The position numbers and the translations under genes are program-made. A DNA stretch of 64,000 bases from Squalus acanthias. Lineage: Eukaryota. Numbering within the stretch: position 1 is the first letter of the stretch; each line of letters starts with the position of its first letter. Under the pieces are notes generated by a model. The model saw only the letters and a program-made list of their open reading frames with translations, did no database searches and was not told the origin of the DNA. This document shows, piece by piece, positions 11,466 through 25,210 of this stretch. Location of the stretch: contig CM059433.1 in NCBI GenBank assembly GCA_030390025.1, forward strand, positions 20,648,001-20,712,000, in the 5' to 3' direction.

Positions 11466-14269
11466 TTCTTCAGAACAGGCTCTCACCGTCCATTTAAGAG
11501 GTGAGAGGCAAGAAGAAACACAAAAACAATAAATAAAAGGTTTAAAGTTACTGTTAAAATTCGATAAGGTTTGGGGGACAGATTTTTTAAAAAGATAATA
11601 GTTAACTGTACACTTAAAGTAAGAAAAAAAATCTGACAGAATAAAAGGAGAGAAAGGAGGACTGGTCAAGCAGAATTGAAGTGTTGACCTGCTTCATTAT
11701 TTTATAATTATTTTATACACATATAACAGGGTTTTAGTTGTGCAATTGTTGTCCTTCAGTCCTGCCTGCACCTCAGGACAGGAATAGGTTTTCGAGTCAG
11801 CTGGACAGGTGGTGGATGGAGCTCTGCATCTATTGTGGTGAAATATGCGGTGATCTCTTTTGTTCGGTTTCCAGGCTTCTTTGCAGCTCTTGTGGCAAGT
11901 CCCTGTGTGTAAGAACTCAGGTTTATTCTATAACTCCATGAGACAGGAAACCACAGAGTTTCTACTTGGCACAAGTAAGACCTTATCATGACCATCAAAT
12001 GGCCAAGTTTCTTTACACCTTTGCTGCTTTGGATAAAAGCAGTTTTCACCCAGTTACTGACAGTCAGTAGCAGATGTGCCGTGCTACTTATTAGCAATGG
12101 ACTTGCACCACAAACTGAGGACAGCTGGCATTGAACAATTATCTCCGGTTATGTTGAAGACAAATTACATAACATAGCTGCTGAAACAGATTTTATGTGC
12201 AATTATCCTTAAAGAATGGTTATTATAAAACAAGAATTGTGCAACAGCACAATTGTTTTATAAATAAATATAATTAATAAGTGCCATGTTTGTAAATGAC
12301 TGAAATAGTAGGACCATACAATGAGTGCTGCTTCCCACAAAGACCCAAGTGTTGCCATTGGGCTACTCCAGTACCCAATCTCTGAGGTTTCATTGGCTAT
12401 TGACGACAATAATGGCTGATTTTACTTTTTGTTTTCCGTAGCATCCTTGTGATAGGGAGGGGAAAGCAGCTATGGATCCTGCTTCTGATTGCTAGCCAGT
12501 GACTTGCTGGAACATGTTCTTGCAGAAGTGGCATGGTTTGGCTGTGTTGCCCCCCTGTGGTCAAACAACCTGTTCAAACACTCTTGATTCTCAACTGAAA
12601 AATCATGATGCAGTACCAGAGAGCACCTGGCCTGCGTGGATCCATACCCAGTGCTAGGTTTGTGTCTTCAGAAGAAGAGGAGAGGAGAGGAAAGAGGAAA
12701 ACAAATAGCGAAACTGGGAGAGATAACCTGGTCGTTGAAATGATATCGATTTAGGGTTGGCTGTCACTTCAATGAGTGCTGTCAGTTTTTATGTATCAAA
12801 TGGAATTCCTTCTTGAGTGGACAAATTTGAGGATGAGGTCAGCATTCTATTTGTCACACTTGAATTGTGTATCATGTCGGCTGACCATGGAGTCACATGG
12901 ATAGCAATCAGGGAGCAGTCTATGGCTTCGGGACTATCACGTTCTCTCGGCTGAAAGAGAAGCAAGGGGAGAGATATACTGTCTGAGCTTTTTACCAAAA
13001 CTTGCTCTCACAGTCAGACTATGGTTTTTTTGTCAGCAGACAAACCTCAGACTTTATTCACCACTGTGTAAGGGTTAGCCTGCCCAGGTTTAACAATTAA
13101 AGCCTAATAGCTGTATATCACTCATTGGAGAATATGTGGGATGCCTACTGTATTCTCCCTTCACCTCAGAAGACAGGAAACAACACATCACCGGGCCAGT
13201 CTGTAGGCTAAATCTACTTGGTTGGATTTATTTACAGGTGAAACAATATATGGATGCAAAAAAACACAACAGAATACTAATAAAGTGCAATAACCAAACT
13301 GACATAGTATGAATGGTTTAAAAACAAGAAAAGACAGAGGTGATCACAGGAGTTCAATGCTGGAGTTCCTATTGATACTCGATATGAAGGCTAGGCAGCA
13401 TAGAAAACTAAAAACATCAACAAAGTCTGTGCGTTCTGGGGAATCTTTTCCTTTGAAGATCAACTATATTATTTATGACCAGGCAATTGAAATAGTAAGC
13501 ATTTTTAACACCAAGGTGGACAAAAGGTGTGAGCTGAGGCTTCTGCAATGCCCAATAGTCTGTTTTTGACCCTTGGCTGCAACTACAAAAACAGATAGAA
13601 TATGCAAAAGAATGACGCCTTGTCCTTAGAAAAACTGACAATGAGATTAACTTCACAGTAAAGACTTATTAGAGCCTTGAATCAGACACATTATCTTCAT
13701 CAGCCATTACAGCTCTCCATGGAAACACTTGGATCCCATCTTGTGAGTACCACATAAATGGAATAAAATGGGAGGAAAAAATAAAGGTTCAAGTTTCAAG
13801 GTTAGGCAGGTCTAGGGACAATACCTTTTGTCAGAGTATTTCATAGAATGCATTTTATAGAAAAAAATGACTCAATGGAATTTTCTTTGATATTTTTGCA
13901 AAAATGGAAATGTTGCTTGCATGGAGACCCTCAGGTCTGGTCTTCTTCTCTGCTCGGCTGCTCCAGTGTGGTCATCAACAGGGAGCTCTCCGAGCACTTA
14001 AATCCCCAACCTATAACGTGGTTTCTGTGGGTCTCATAGCTCTGCATGGCTCTCAAGCAGGCTGAAAGTTGAGGCTCCTCTTGTTTTCTACGGAGCTGTG
14101 TGGAAATACTCTTCACTAGCATCATCAGCAAAAACACCATAGAAAGGCACTATTTTTGTTCCATAAAACGGGAGAATACTTTGAGTAAATTGCGCTCTTC
14201 TTTAAATGAGACTCAACATTCATCCTTCAGCATGGAATTCTGACCAATTATTTCTACTCTGGAATGCAC

Positions 14270-14460
14270 CAACTAAGGGTGGTGAAACAAATTCAAAAGT
14301 AACTTTGAAAAAGAAGTTGGATATATACTGGAAAAGGAAAAAAGTTGCTGGGTGCTGGGGAAAGAGCAGGGGAGTGGGACTAATTGGATAGCTCTTTCAA
14401 AGAGCCTGCACAGGCACAATGGGCTGAATGGCCTCCTTCTGTGCTGTATGAATCTATGAT
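14270..14460 (+). mobile_element. CR1 3' end fragment
   Basis: …ggcacaatgggctgaatggcctccttctgtgctgtatgaatctatga CR1 terminus. Confidence 0.7.
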
Positions 14461-14846
14461 TGCAGCACTCTTATACCCACAGAACAGTCAGTGCAAGCCA
14501 AAAGTAATTGACTCTTTCAAGTGCCTTGAGACGCTTCAATGAAGTGGTAAGATGTTCAGTAAATGCAAGTACTTGCTGCATTAAATGGTTGACTGTAAAC
14601 ATTTGTGGAGAGGAGCTTTGACTGGGTTTTCCAATTTGTGGGACACCAAAAGTAGTGGTGTTTAGGAGCTACTAAGTCAATTAAGAAATCTTACTGATTC
14701 GGAGAAGACAGCATTATATTTCCGTACCATTTTCAGGACTGATATGAGAACAATATTCAGCAATAATTCTATATATTTTTGGGGCAGTTGTTCGTATTCT
14801 GCTGATGTCCTGCTCTTAATCTGATTAAAATAACAAAGATAATTAA

Positions 14847-15581
14847 GGGCATAATTTGCTGTGGCAGGGCAACTAATGGTGTCTGCCATTAGTGAGACTT
14901 GCCCTTGCACATTTAGTTTTTAAAAATGTTTGCGTGGCAAGTTGCTGAAAGTGCTAGCTGATAACAGTGCAGTGAGGGAAACTGGGCATCTGGGACCTGA
15001 GTGAACAGGACAAGAAACAGGATATCCCCTTAACCAATCAGATTCAGTACAAGGACTGAGAAGGAAGTGTAAATTAGAGTGGGTGAATTCAATGACATAT
15101 CAGATAGAGAAAGTGATATTAAGAGAGCGAAAGAAAGATTGGATTAAGAGAGAGAAACAAGAGACAGAAAGGAAATATTAAAAAAAAATTGACACTTTTA
15201 AAATCTTCAACAACAATTTAAACCTGAAGGAATGAGACTCTACACTTGTAATAGTTAATTTTCAGTGCCAGAGAGGTTGATTGGCAGTAATTAACACATC
15301 ATGTAATTAAAAGGGGACTTATACTGAAATGGACAAGACTTAACTTTCTGTGGCGAGTTTAGTTCGTATCTACCGCGCAAATACAGCAACTTCACACCAT
15401 TCAATGCATTTCAGTCAGCGAGATGCCGCTTTCGTGAAGCTAACGGCGCAACTTGGACAGCAACTTTTGGATTTCTACATTTAACCGTGCATCTGGCCCT
15501 CGCCTGAAGTTGCTGTAGCATTTGCGCATAACTAACCGAGCGCCATTAGCCTTGATGTTATTTTGACAATAAATATGGACC
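14847..15581. mobile_element. Degenerate Harbinger-type MITE
   Basis: Degenerate TIRs GGGCATAATTTGCTG and GGTCCATATTTATTG. Internal similarity to 18346-19105 and 51832-52593. Confidence 0.55.
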
Positions 15582-15713
15582 TTTTTTTTAACAATTGAAA
15601 TATTATAATTTATTCATTAGCTTGGCAGTGTTGTGAATTATACCCCCGTGTGCCCTTTCTCTCATTAACAACATATTTCATTACATACTGTAACACTGCT
15701 GGTCTAATTCAGG

Positions 15714-16179
15714 AAAGAAAGACTTGCATTTATATAGCGCCTTTCATGACCACCAGACGTCTCAAAGCGCTATACAGCCAATTAAGTTCTTTTGAAGTGG
15801 AATCACTGTTGTAATGTAGGAAATGCGGCAGCCAATTTGCGCACAGCAAGCTCCCACAAACAGCAATGTGGTAATGACCAGATAATCTGTTTTTGTTATG
15901 TTGGTTGAGGGATAAATATTGGCCAGGACACCGGGGAAAACTCCCCTACTCTTCTTCGAAATAGTGCCATGAGAACTTTTACGTCCACCTGAGAGAGCAG
16001 ACGGGGCCTCGGTTTAACGTCTCATCTGAAAGACAGCACCTCCGACAGTGCAGCACTTCCTCAGCACTGCACTGGAGTGTCAGCCTAGCTTTTTGTGCTC
16101 AAGTCCCTGGAGTGGGACTTGAACCGCACAACCTTCTGACTCAGAGGCGAGTGTGCTACCAACTGAGGCACGGCTGACA
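15714..16179 (-). mobile_element. Deu-domain tRNA SINE, full length, adjacent to an older SINE tail (16186-16292)
   Basis: Reverse complement of the 2115-2580 family, including A and B boxes. Confidence 0.88.
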
Positions 16180-16475
16180 CAGGAGAAAGAAAGAATTTAT
16201 ATTTATATAGCATTTTTCATGACCTCAGCACATCCCAAAGCACTTTACAGCCAATGAAGTACTTTTGAAGTATAATCACTGTTGTAATGTAAGAGCCGAG
16301 TGATTGCTTCACAGTGGAAATCCAGAACAATAGCAATTGTGGCTTCAAAACCTCCAGTAAGTTTCCATGTTGCACTACTCGGCTGCACACAATGTATGTG
16401 GTGTAGCATCATATGTTGAGAGTATTGTGCAAATCTAACAAATAACAGGTAAATCCCAACAATTATAGTCACATG

Positions 16476-16779
16476 ATCACAGAATCCCCACAGTGCAGAT
16501 AGAGGCCATTTCAGCCCATCGAGCCTGCACTGACACATATCCCACCCTATCCCCACGTATTTAATCCCCTTAACACTAAGGGTCAATTTATCATAGCCAA
16601 ATCAACCTAACCCGCATATCTTTGGACTGTGGGAGGAAACCGGAGCACCCGGAGGAAACCCACACAGACACGGGGAGATTGTGCAAACTCCACACAGACA
16701 GTCACCCGAGGCCGGATTCGAACCCGGGTCCCTGGCGCTGTGAGGCAACAGTGCTAACCACTATGCCACCGTGTTGCCC
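16476..16779 (-). mobile_element. HE1-like V-SINE
   Basis: tRNA head gggcaacacggtggcatagtggttagc…ggttcgaatcc, V core tctgtgtggagtttgcac…gggtttcctccgggtgctccggtttcctcccaca, CR1-like tail. Confidence 0.88.
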
Positions 16780-17874
16780 ACCGTGATGGGTCATGTAACA
16801 TAACTAAACTCTGGGCTGTAATTAAAATGAATTTTTCTAATTCTGCTCAGAAACTTCTTTAACATTCGCTAGTTATTCCTGAAGCTTATTCTAATAGTCA
16901 GCCAAACTGGAACAATTCCCCTCCCCCAAATGAAAATGAATATTTATAACAGGTAAAGCATATACCACAGAGAGTGTTGCAATATGATCCCTATTATTAT
17001 GGTGAAATGCTGGCCAAGCCTTGAAGAATCTCTTGTTTTTTGTTGTTAATGGAACCAGACAACAGCAAAACGCAACTGAGTCTTGGTTGGTTAATGCTCC
17101 TGAATGCTCAGTTACCTATTTGCTACACTTGTGGGGTGCTCGCTGACTTATATATTCCTATGTGGGCAGACAGACTTAACCAAGTGCTAAATAACTGTTG
17201 ATGTGGTGGAATGGTATCAGTTGCACGATAAGAGATAGTTAGTTAATCTAAATTGTAACAATGCTTTGACAGGCGCATTTCTTCAACCCTGCGGAATTAG
17301 TTCTGTCAGTCTCAGCTGAGTTCCACAAAAGACTTTTGGTCACAGAGCACAAAGGTGACTAATTTAGGAATGTCGACTCTGAGAAGCTCAGGGTCACTGT
17401 GCGAAGAATGGGAATGTCACTTTTAACTAGCAGACTGGTGGAGAGCCCTCTTCTGAGGCTGCGGATTTTAGAATTTGAATCGTGAGGGCATTTTCTGAAT
17501 GCTGAGAATTGCTGTGTACTCGCTAGTTGCTGACCTAGATATATCTACCGCAGTGCAACAGCAAGACGCGTGAGAGAAAATGAACAATTGGGAGCTTCTC
17601 AAATAAAGAAACAATGAGTTTTTAAGTTAATCCTTCACTTCTAAAAAGATATTTATCATGAAATTGTGTTTTCTTTATTGATTTTTCTGCACCATACATC
17701 ATTCTTAGCTGAGTGGGCTGGCAAATAAGCTGCTCCCGTGACCTTGGCAATCCTTATGACTTGCCTGATGATTCTCCCTGAAGCTCCGCCCTCATATCCT
17801 CTGCCCCGCCCCTCCCTCCTGATGGCTCACTCTTCTTCTTACACTGGTTGATGGCAATTGCCAAAGAGGTAAGC

Positions 17875-18137
17875 ATGTGCCCCCTTCCCAATAGAAACTG
17901 TAAATTAACCAAAATTAAAAGGAAACTTAACAAATTAAATCAAAATTCTATTCCCTGGGGTGCTGATGCACGCCCATCCCTTCAGTGCCCACAGGTCGTG
18001 GAAGGCCTCAAGCGTGCTCCATCTCCAGGGACACCCGGGCGCAAATGTAGCCACGGAAGAGAGGCAGGCAGTCGGGCCGAACGACCCCCTCAACCGCCCG
18101 CTGCCTGAACCTGTTAATGGCCACCTTGGACAGGCCT
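17875..18137 (-). mobile_element. Tx1/L1-type LINE 3' fragment
   Basis: Minus-strand peptides GLSKVAINRFRQRAVEGVVRPDCLPLFRGYICARVSLEMEHA and LEAFHDLWALKGWACI…RILI* resemble a Tx1-clade ORF2 C-terminus (from recall), followed by a T-rich 3' UTR. Confidence 0.6.
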
Positions 18138-18345
18138 CCAGATGGCTCAGCCAAGAGTAGGAACTTGCTAAATGGTGAATCATAAGCACCCAAGGCATCC
18201 ATGTTGCACCAGCCCACTCGACAGCTGCAACTCATGAAAGTCACTTCTAATAAGTGGACCATATCATCTAATAATAGGATTTTTTTTGAGTAATAGCTTT
18301 TCTCCATTTCTCTCCATTCTTCACTCCCAACTATTTCAACTCATT

Positions 18346-19105
18346 GGTCCGGATTTTGCGGTCAGCGGCGAAGTGACGCCGTTCTTTGCTGACCTCGAAG
18401 AAAGCTGCCCACAAAGCTCTAGCGACCTCTGTGGCATCAATGTCACCTTTCCAGATGTTAGTTTGATTCTGACACCAACTCCAGGGGATTTCCAGCGTCC
18501 AGCAACAGTGATGTCATGAGGCAGGTTAAGCAGCCAATCAGATTGAAGAATTCTCAGTCAACAACCCAGGAAGTAAAATGTACTGATTAACTTGCACTTT
18601 TTATACATTTTACAGAGGGAAAAATAAAGATTGGGACATACACATGGGATTAAGGTAGAAGCTGAAATGTCATAAACAAACTTACATTTTTTTATTTTAT
18701 TTTATTAAAAACCTGTGGAATTTTTAACATAATGGAAACATTTGACATTCCACAAATATAAAATTAGTTTTTCAGGGTCAGAGAGGTTGTTCAGCAGTAG
18801 TTATGACATAGTACACCGTTAAAAACCAGTTGCACCTCATTCAATAGGCTTAACTCTTTCGGCGGGGGGGGGGGGGGTTTTAAGAGCGATATTGCAGCAT
18901 AAAAGGGGAAGTTCTCGTCAGTTCAGTGATTTCTAAAGATTGACGTCTGTGGGGAGCTCAGCGGTGCACCCTGTTGGACAGCAGGGAATCATTGACAGCA
19001 TCTTCTGGATTTCTGTGTTTAACTGCACAGTTGCTGTCAGTTTCACATGGTGGTGACGCTGAACGCTGACAGTTTCCCCATCATTACGACTGCCAAATCC
19101 AGCCC
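18346..19105. mobile_element. Harbinger-type MITE, 760 bp
   Basis: TIRs GGTCCGGATTTTGCGGTC and GGGCTGGATTTGGCAGTC, flanks ATT/AAT. Inverted homolog at 51832-52593. Confidence 0.75.
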
Positions 19106-19569
19106 AATATTGGCTTCTGCTTCACATCTGCAAAGGGCCTTGGATATTTGATATGTTAAAGATCCTTTATAATTGCAAGTTGTTACATGGAAAAAATGTG
19201 GAGACAACTTCTAGGAGCATTATATCCAAGTGGCATAGGGGAAGCAAAACAAAAATAATCAATATTCTAATTAAGCTTTGTTGGGAATTTGCACTTTTGG
19301 TATTCAGTCATTTTGTGACTTGACACTACTAACAAGTAACAGCTGACTTGATGAAATAGTCAATTTGGCACTTTTGTGTAGGTTAATGCACCTGTAACTC
19401 AATTTCTTCTAAAGACACCCAACTACATTAAGGAATATTGCATTCGCCTAGCCCCTGCTAGTCCAGTCCCATTTAAAGAGGAACACGCTGGCATTGGCGT
19501 TGAAAAGGAAAATGCATGTCACTTATAGTTGAATGCATTATTGGTAATATGTCTGTTATTTTATAAGAT

Positions 19570-20500
19570 TTCTTACATGAGAACATGAGAACGTAAGAAA
19601 TAGGAGCAGGAATAGGCCATTTGGCCCCTTGAGCCTGCTCCTCCATTCAATAAGATCATGGCTGATCTGATCTTGGCCTCAACTTCACTTTCCTGCCCGC
19701 TCCCCATAACGCCTTGACTCCCCTGTAGCTCAAATATCTGTCTATCTCCGCCTTGAATATATTCAATGACTCCACCTCCACAGCTCTCTGGGGTAGAGAA
19801 TTCCAAAGATTCACGACCATCTGAGTGAAGAAATTCCTCCTCATCTCCGTTTGAAATGGGCGACCCCTTATTCTGAAACTATGCCCCCTAGTTCTAGATT
19901 CCCCCACGAGGGGAAACATCCTCCCTGCATCTAGCCCATCAAGCCCCCTCAGAATCTTATATGTTTCAATAAGATCACCTCTCATTCTTCTAAACTCCAA
20001 TGAGTATAGGCCCAACCTTCTCAACCTTTCTTCATAAGACAACCCCTTCATCTCAGGAATCAACCTAGTGAACCTTCTCTGAACTGCCTCCAGTGCAAGT
20101 ATATCCCTCCTTAAATAAGGAGGCCAAAACTGCACGCAGTACTCCAGATGTGGTCTCACCAGCACCCTGTACAGTTGTAGCAAGACTTCCCTACTTTTAT
20201 ACTTCATCCCCCTTGCAATAAGGGCCAACATTCCATTTTCCTTCCTAATTACTTACTGTACCTGCATGCTAACTTTTTGTGTTTCACGTATGAGGACCCC
20301 AGATCCCTCTGTACCTCAGCATTTTGTAGTCTCTCTCCATTTAAATAATAATTTGCTTTTTTATTCTTCCTACCAAAGTGGATAACCTCACATTTTCCCA
20401 CATTATACTCCATCTGCCAAATTTTTGCCCACTCACTCAATCTATCCCTTTGCAGATTCTTTGAGTCCTCCTCACAACTTGCTTTCCCACATATTTGCAT
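19570..20500 (-). mobile_element. CR1 LINE family B (HER1-like) 3' fragment
   Basis: ORF 19656-20231 contains LVRPHLEYCVQFW, RRMRGDLIETYKI and WNSLP. Short 8-mer repeat tail. Confidence 0.92.
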
Positions 20501-21931
20501 TCTCTGTTCAATTTTCTAATATATAGATGCTATCAGGTTCTCTTGTATCAAACAGCAAAGTGAGTCCCGATTTCATTTCTAACCTAGTTGCTTAGTCCAG
20601 TGCCACTGACATTCGCCTCGCCTGAAGCCCACGTGGGAATGCTGACCACCTGCCGTTGTCATGACTCCCCAGCCACTTAAAAAAAAGAAAACTGAAAGAT
20701 AGCAAAGTGAAAATGGAAGCGATAAGACTGATTTTAAAAATAATCAGACTTGATAGCAAAAAAAAGGACCTAATTGATGGAGGGGACTGGCTGAGATGAA
20801 TAGCCTTTTCCTGGTCTCATGTTCTTCGGTTAAAAATTGCTGTATGTTTATACAGTGTAAGGAATGATTCATTTTCTGATATGAGGCTGTAAATCATCTC
20901 CGAGTTGAAATAATGCTGATAAATTGCTTCAGTTTCTTTATCACATATTGACCCTCAACCCTTTGATGTGCTGCAGCTTTCAAACACAATCCAGAATGTA
21001 CGTTATCATATATATACTATGTGTGCAGTCTCCCTATGATGAGCAGTGAGAAAGGTTGCCCATAGCTGTGCTAATGTAAAACCACTTTGAATTGCGCTCA
21101 AGCTGCTCAGGTTTGCCAGGGGACTGCAATCACCGCCAAAGGCAGCAACCCATCTATTCCCATCTGCCTGATGGAAACCAAGGAGAAATAGGTTAACCAC
21201 AGTTTAAAAACACAGGAGAATTGGAGAACAAAAATGAAATGCGGAGGATTCAGGTAGGGGCGGGGGGGAGGTGGGGGCTGGATGTGTGGAAGGAAAATAC
21301 ATAACAATGAGAGGACTGGATAATGAGAAAAAATGGGAGGAGCAGAGAGAGATGAGAAAAAGGATTACAAGAGTGGAAAATAACTGCTCGATAAATCAAT
21401 CTGTCTCCATTACCCACTCAAGTTATATTTATTTGTTTCTCCATTTATATCTATTATATATTTGGCTGCAAAATTCCATTTCAAAATACATTCAAAACAC
21501 TTATATCAGGCTCCATCTATGGACAAATACATTACGTTTACCTTGTACTACGCAGTCCCTATGTTTAATGCTGTGGGAGATCGACTAGCTTAGAATGATA
21601 CTGCCAGTGTGAACTTGACTTGCTGCAATTATGCCCTTGCGTCAGTGGTGACATTGTGGCACATTGGGTTTGTGTCTCCCAGTTCCTTAGCCTGTAATGC
21701 AGAGAACCTCCGATGCCCAAACTAACTTCCCAAATCGCCATAAGTTTCGCTGTTTAACTTTAAATAATATAAAATCAAAGTGTTTTATGAAAACAAGGAC
21801 AGGATGTGTGACTTTAAAATGAGACTGAATTACGTCTACAAGCCTTGGTCCAACCATCTTCACTTGAAGACTACACTTGATCTTGACTCTGTGCTATGCC
21901 ATGGGAGATGGACTAATAGATGTATATTAAT

Positions 21932-21957
21932 GAGAGAGAGAGAGAGAGAGAGAGAGA
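21932..21957. repeat. (GA)n microsatellite
   Basis: Direct reading. Similar tracts occur at ~43483-43506 (GA), ~2929-2960 (CAC/TAC) and ~53788-53811 (TATC). Confidence 0.9.
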
Positions 21958-22763
21958 AAGAAACATCATCCACCCTTGTCTGTCCACCACTTGTAATTGT
22001 TCAGGTTGAGGCATGTAGCCATTTAATGTATTATTGGTCATATGGTTAGCAGGGATCAATTCTCATGCTGTCAGCCCAATCCTTGATCTAGCCTTTGCAT
22101 TTCTGTGCTGCTCATCCCTTCTAAAAAGAGCTTGAAAATTAGGTAGATGCCCAAGAGCATGGATTCACACAACGAGAAAGATCTGGCCATTAATGTGGCT
22201 ATCGGAGGGTGGTAGTCCTGAGTGTGGCTCCATGTCTCTGTGGGAAGTGAGTGGAAAAACAGGGAGTGAGAGACATATGAAAAAAATTGCATATGGCACA
22301 TTTACCTATTAGATCAAATCTTCAATGTAAAATTGTGTGGGTTACATGTGAAATTAAAGGCTATTTTATACATTAAATTAAATCACTGTCCAATTTCCAG
22401 GAAATAAACTACATATTATTTCTTGATAAACCTGCAATAATAGTGCTAGAATCACTAATCCTTTAGTTCTTCATGCATCAATGAAATGGAGCGTACAAGC
22501 AGCCAGCTTCAGCAGCAGCACTGATTGTCGGCACAGTACGAATCCTAAGGGTGAATTGAAGCAAGCTATAAAACTATCCGTATATATTGTAAAGAATTCC
22601 CTACAGTGAGTTCAAGGCAATAAGCCAATCTCAGGGTTCAGATGAAAACGGGATCACCTTACCTTTCTCAGTCTTATCTTCCTTCTATAATAAATAGGCT
22701 TTTCAGATCCAAGCTTGATGTTACCCAAGGCACTACTAATTGACTTAGAATCATAGAATCATA

Positions 22764-23485
22764 GGGCTGGATTTTGCCAATGGGGAGCTTTTGGAGGCGG
22801 GACTCCCACTTGTTGGGTTTCAGTCCCGCCTCCATCAACTTCTGGCCAACCCAGCGGGCTTAGCAGGCCAATTAAGGGAAAGCCGGTTGCAGAGAACGTC
22901 AACATATGACGTTTCATCTGTCCAAAACTTTCGACAGATGAATTTTCATCGTTTGACAGCTCTGTGAAGCTGTCAAACATTGACATTCTCTGTAGTTTGA
23001 TGAGTTCTTGAATTCAAGACTCATCAAACCTCTTTCTTTAGCAGAAATTAGATGGTTGCTGCATTGGAGAATGCAGCGGCCATCTGTCATCTCTGCCACG
23101 GAGGTGCGAGACTCTTGAAGCCTGCAGGAAGAAACAAAGGTAAGTAAACTTTTACTAACACTTTCCACTTACCTCACATACTCACCTCTCCACACTTGCA
23201 CCCATCACTTACCTCCACAGCGTACTTTTGCCACCCTCCGATCCCCGCAGACCCACTGCTCGCCTCGGTGACCCTGGCAGGGTTCGGAGCCTTCGGGAAG
23301 CCTGCATTTGTGTGGGCAAAATGGGGATAATCCTTTTATCTGCCTGTTAACTACCTGTTAACAGGCAGATAAGTGGCACTAATCCCTTCCCGCCTCCGAG
23401 GTTGTGCACCCGCCCCCAGATTCTGCCATTTTCCCGGCAGTCCCGCCTCCATACCCGCCTCCCCAGGGCTGGCAAGATCGCGCCC
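22764..23485. mobile_element. Harbinger-type MITE, 722 bp, inserted in the (agaatcat)n tail of a CR1
   Basis: TIRs GGGCTGGATTTTGCCA and GGGCGCGATCTTGCCA. ATA TSD at 22761-22763 and 23486-23488. The minus-strand CR1 3' end continues at 23489-23760. Confidence 0.82.
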
Positions 23486-24451
23486 ATAGAATCATACAGC
23501 ACAGAAGGAGACCATTTAGCTCATTGTGCCTGTGCCGGCTCTTTGAAAAAGCTATCCAATTAATCTCATTCCCTTGCCCTTCCCCCATAGCTCTGCAAAT
23601 TTATCCCCTTCAAGTATTTATCCAATTCCCCTTTGAAAGTTATTATTGAATTTGCTTCCACCACCCTTTCAGGCAGTGCATTCCAGATCATAACAACTCA
23701 CTGCATTAAAAACATTTCTCCTCATCTCACCTCTGATTCTTTTGCCAATTACCTTATCTGAAATTCGTTCTAACTCTGTTCAACCTTGGCACCATGAGCC
23801 TTGGCCCTTTGCCTAGATTCTCAATCTAATTAAAAAAATTACTTCTAGTTATCTGGTTATATTTCCTAGTTCTTTAGTTTGTTTGTTTGAACTGTATGTC
23901 TACTTACAGTAATGTACAACTTAAATAAACTAAAAAAAATCTATAATGTTATTAGATTTTATGCAAACTTTGCAGTAATTTCATTATCGAACACTGGATT
24001 TAAAAAAAACTCTCATATGGTGACGATGGTGCAAGATCATACATTTGCAACATGCCAAAACAAATCTCATATAATGCAAGGTGAACTTTGTGGTGAAAAA
24101 TAAAGCACTTCTGAAAATTGGACCCTCTCATTGAGAATCATTTCATTCAGTTTTTCAGTGTGTTGTCCAGACATTTCTAAAATGTAAGCAGGCACCAAAA
24201 TATATACTGTTAAATATACTAGAATTATTATCTTCAGCAAAAATTTATGACATGATCTCACCCTGCTTTGTTCCATCTCACCTCCTGTCCATTTCTGGAA
24301 TTGAAAGAAGGTAGCACACTCTCCTTGTATCAATTTAACTGCCTATTGAATAATCTAACCTTCTCCATCACTATCTTGAAAACATTAAGTGGAATTATTG
24401 AGAGTTTAATTGTGCAAAAGGAAACAGAGGAGCAGATCAAATGGAATCAAT

Positions 24452-25210
24452 AACAACTTGTATTTATATAGCCTATTTAACATAGAACAACATCCCAAGG
24501 CACTTTACAGTAACATAATCATACAAAAAATTGACACTGAACCAAAGAAGGAGACACTATGACAGGTGACCAAAAGCGTGGTCAGAGAAGAAGGTTTTAA
24601 GGAGCATCTTAAAGGAGAAGAGAGAGGTGGAGAGGTAGAGGGAGAGAATTCTAGAGCTTAGGACCTACACAGTTGAAGGCATGGCCACCAATGGTGGGGC
24701 GAAGAAATTTGGGGATGCACAAGAGACCAGAATTGGAGGAATGCAGAGTTCTCAGAGGGTTGTAGGGCTGGAGGAGGTTACAGAGTTGGGAGGGACGAGA
24801 CCATGGAGGGATTTGAAGACAAGGATGAGAATTTTCTATTCGAGGACTGGGTGGACCAGGAGTCAATGTAGGCAACGAGCACAGGGGTGATGGGTGAAAA
24901 GAATTGGTGCGAGTTAGGATACGGGCAGCAGAGTTTTGGACGGGCACACGTTTATGGAGGGTGGAAGATGGGAGGCCGGCCAGGAGAGCATTGGAATAGT
25001 CGAGTCTGGAGGTAACAAAAGCATGGATGAGAGTTTTAGCAGCTGGTAGGCTGAGGCAGGGGCGGAAATAGGCGACGTTACGGACGTTGAAGTAGGCGGT
25101 CTTGGTGATAGGATATGGGGGGTCAGAAGCTTAGCTCAGGGTCAAATAGGATGCCAAGGATGCGAACAGTGGGGTTCAGCCTAAGACAATGGTCAGGGAG
25201 AGGGATGAAA
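24452..25210 (-). mobile_element. L2-like LINE 3' fragment
   Basis: Minus-strand peptide VQNSAARILTRT… and IGGHAFNCVGPKL, with a tail shared with the Deu-SINEs. A more degraded copy lies at ~26030-26410. Confidence 0.75.
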
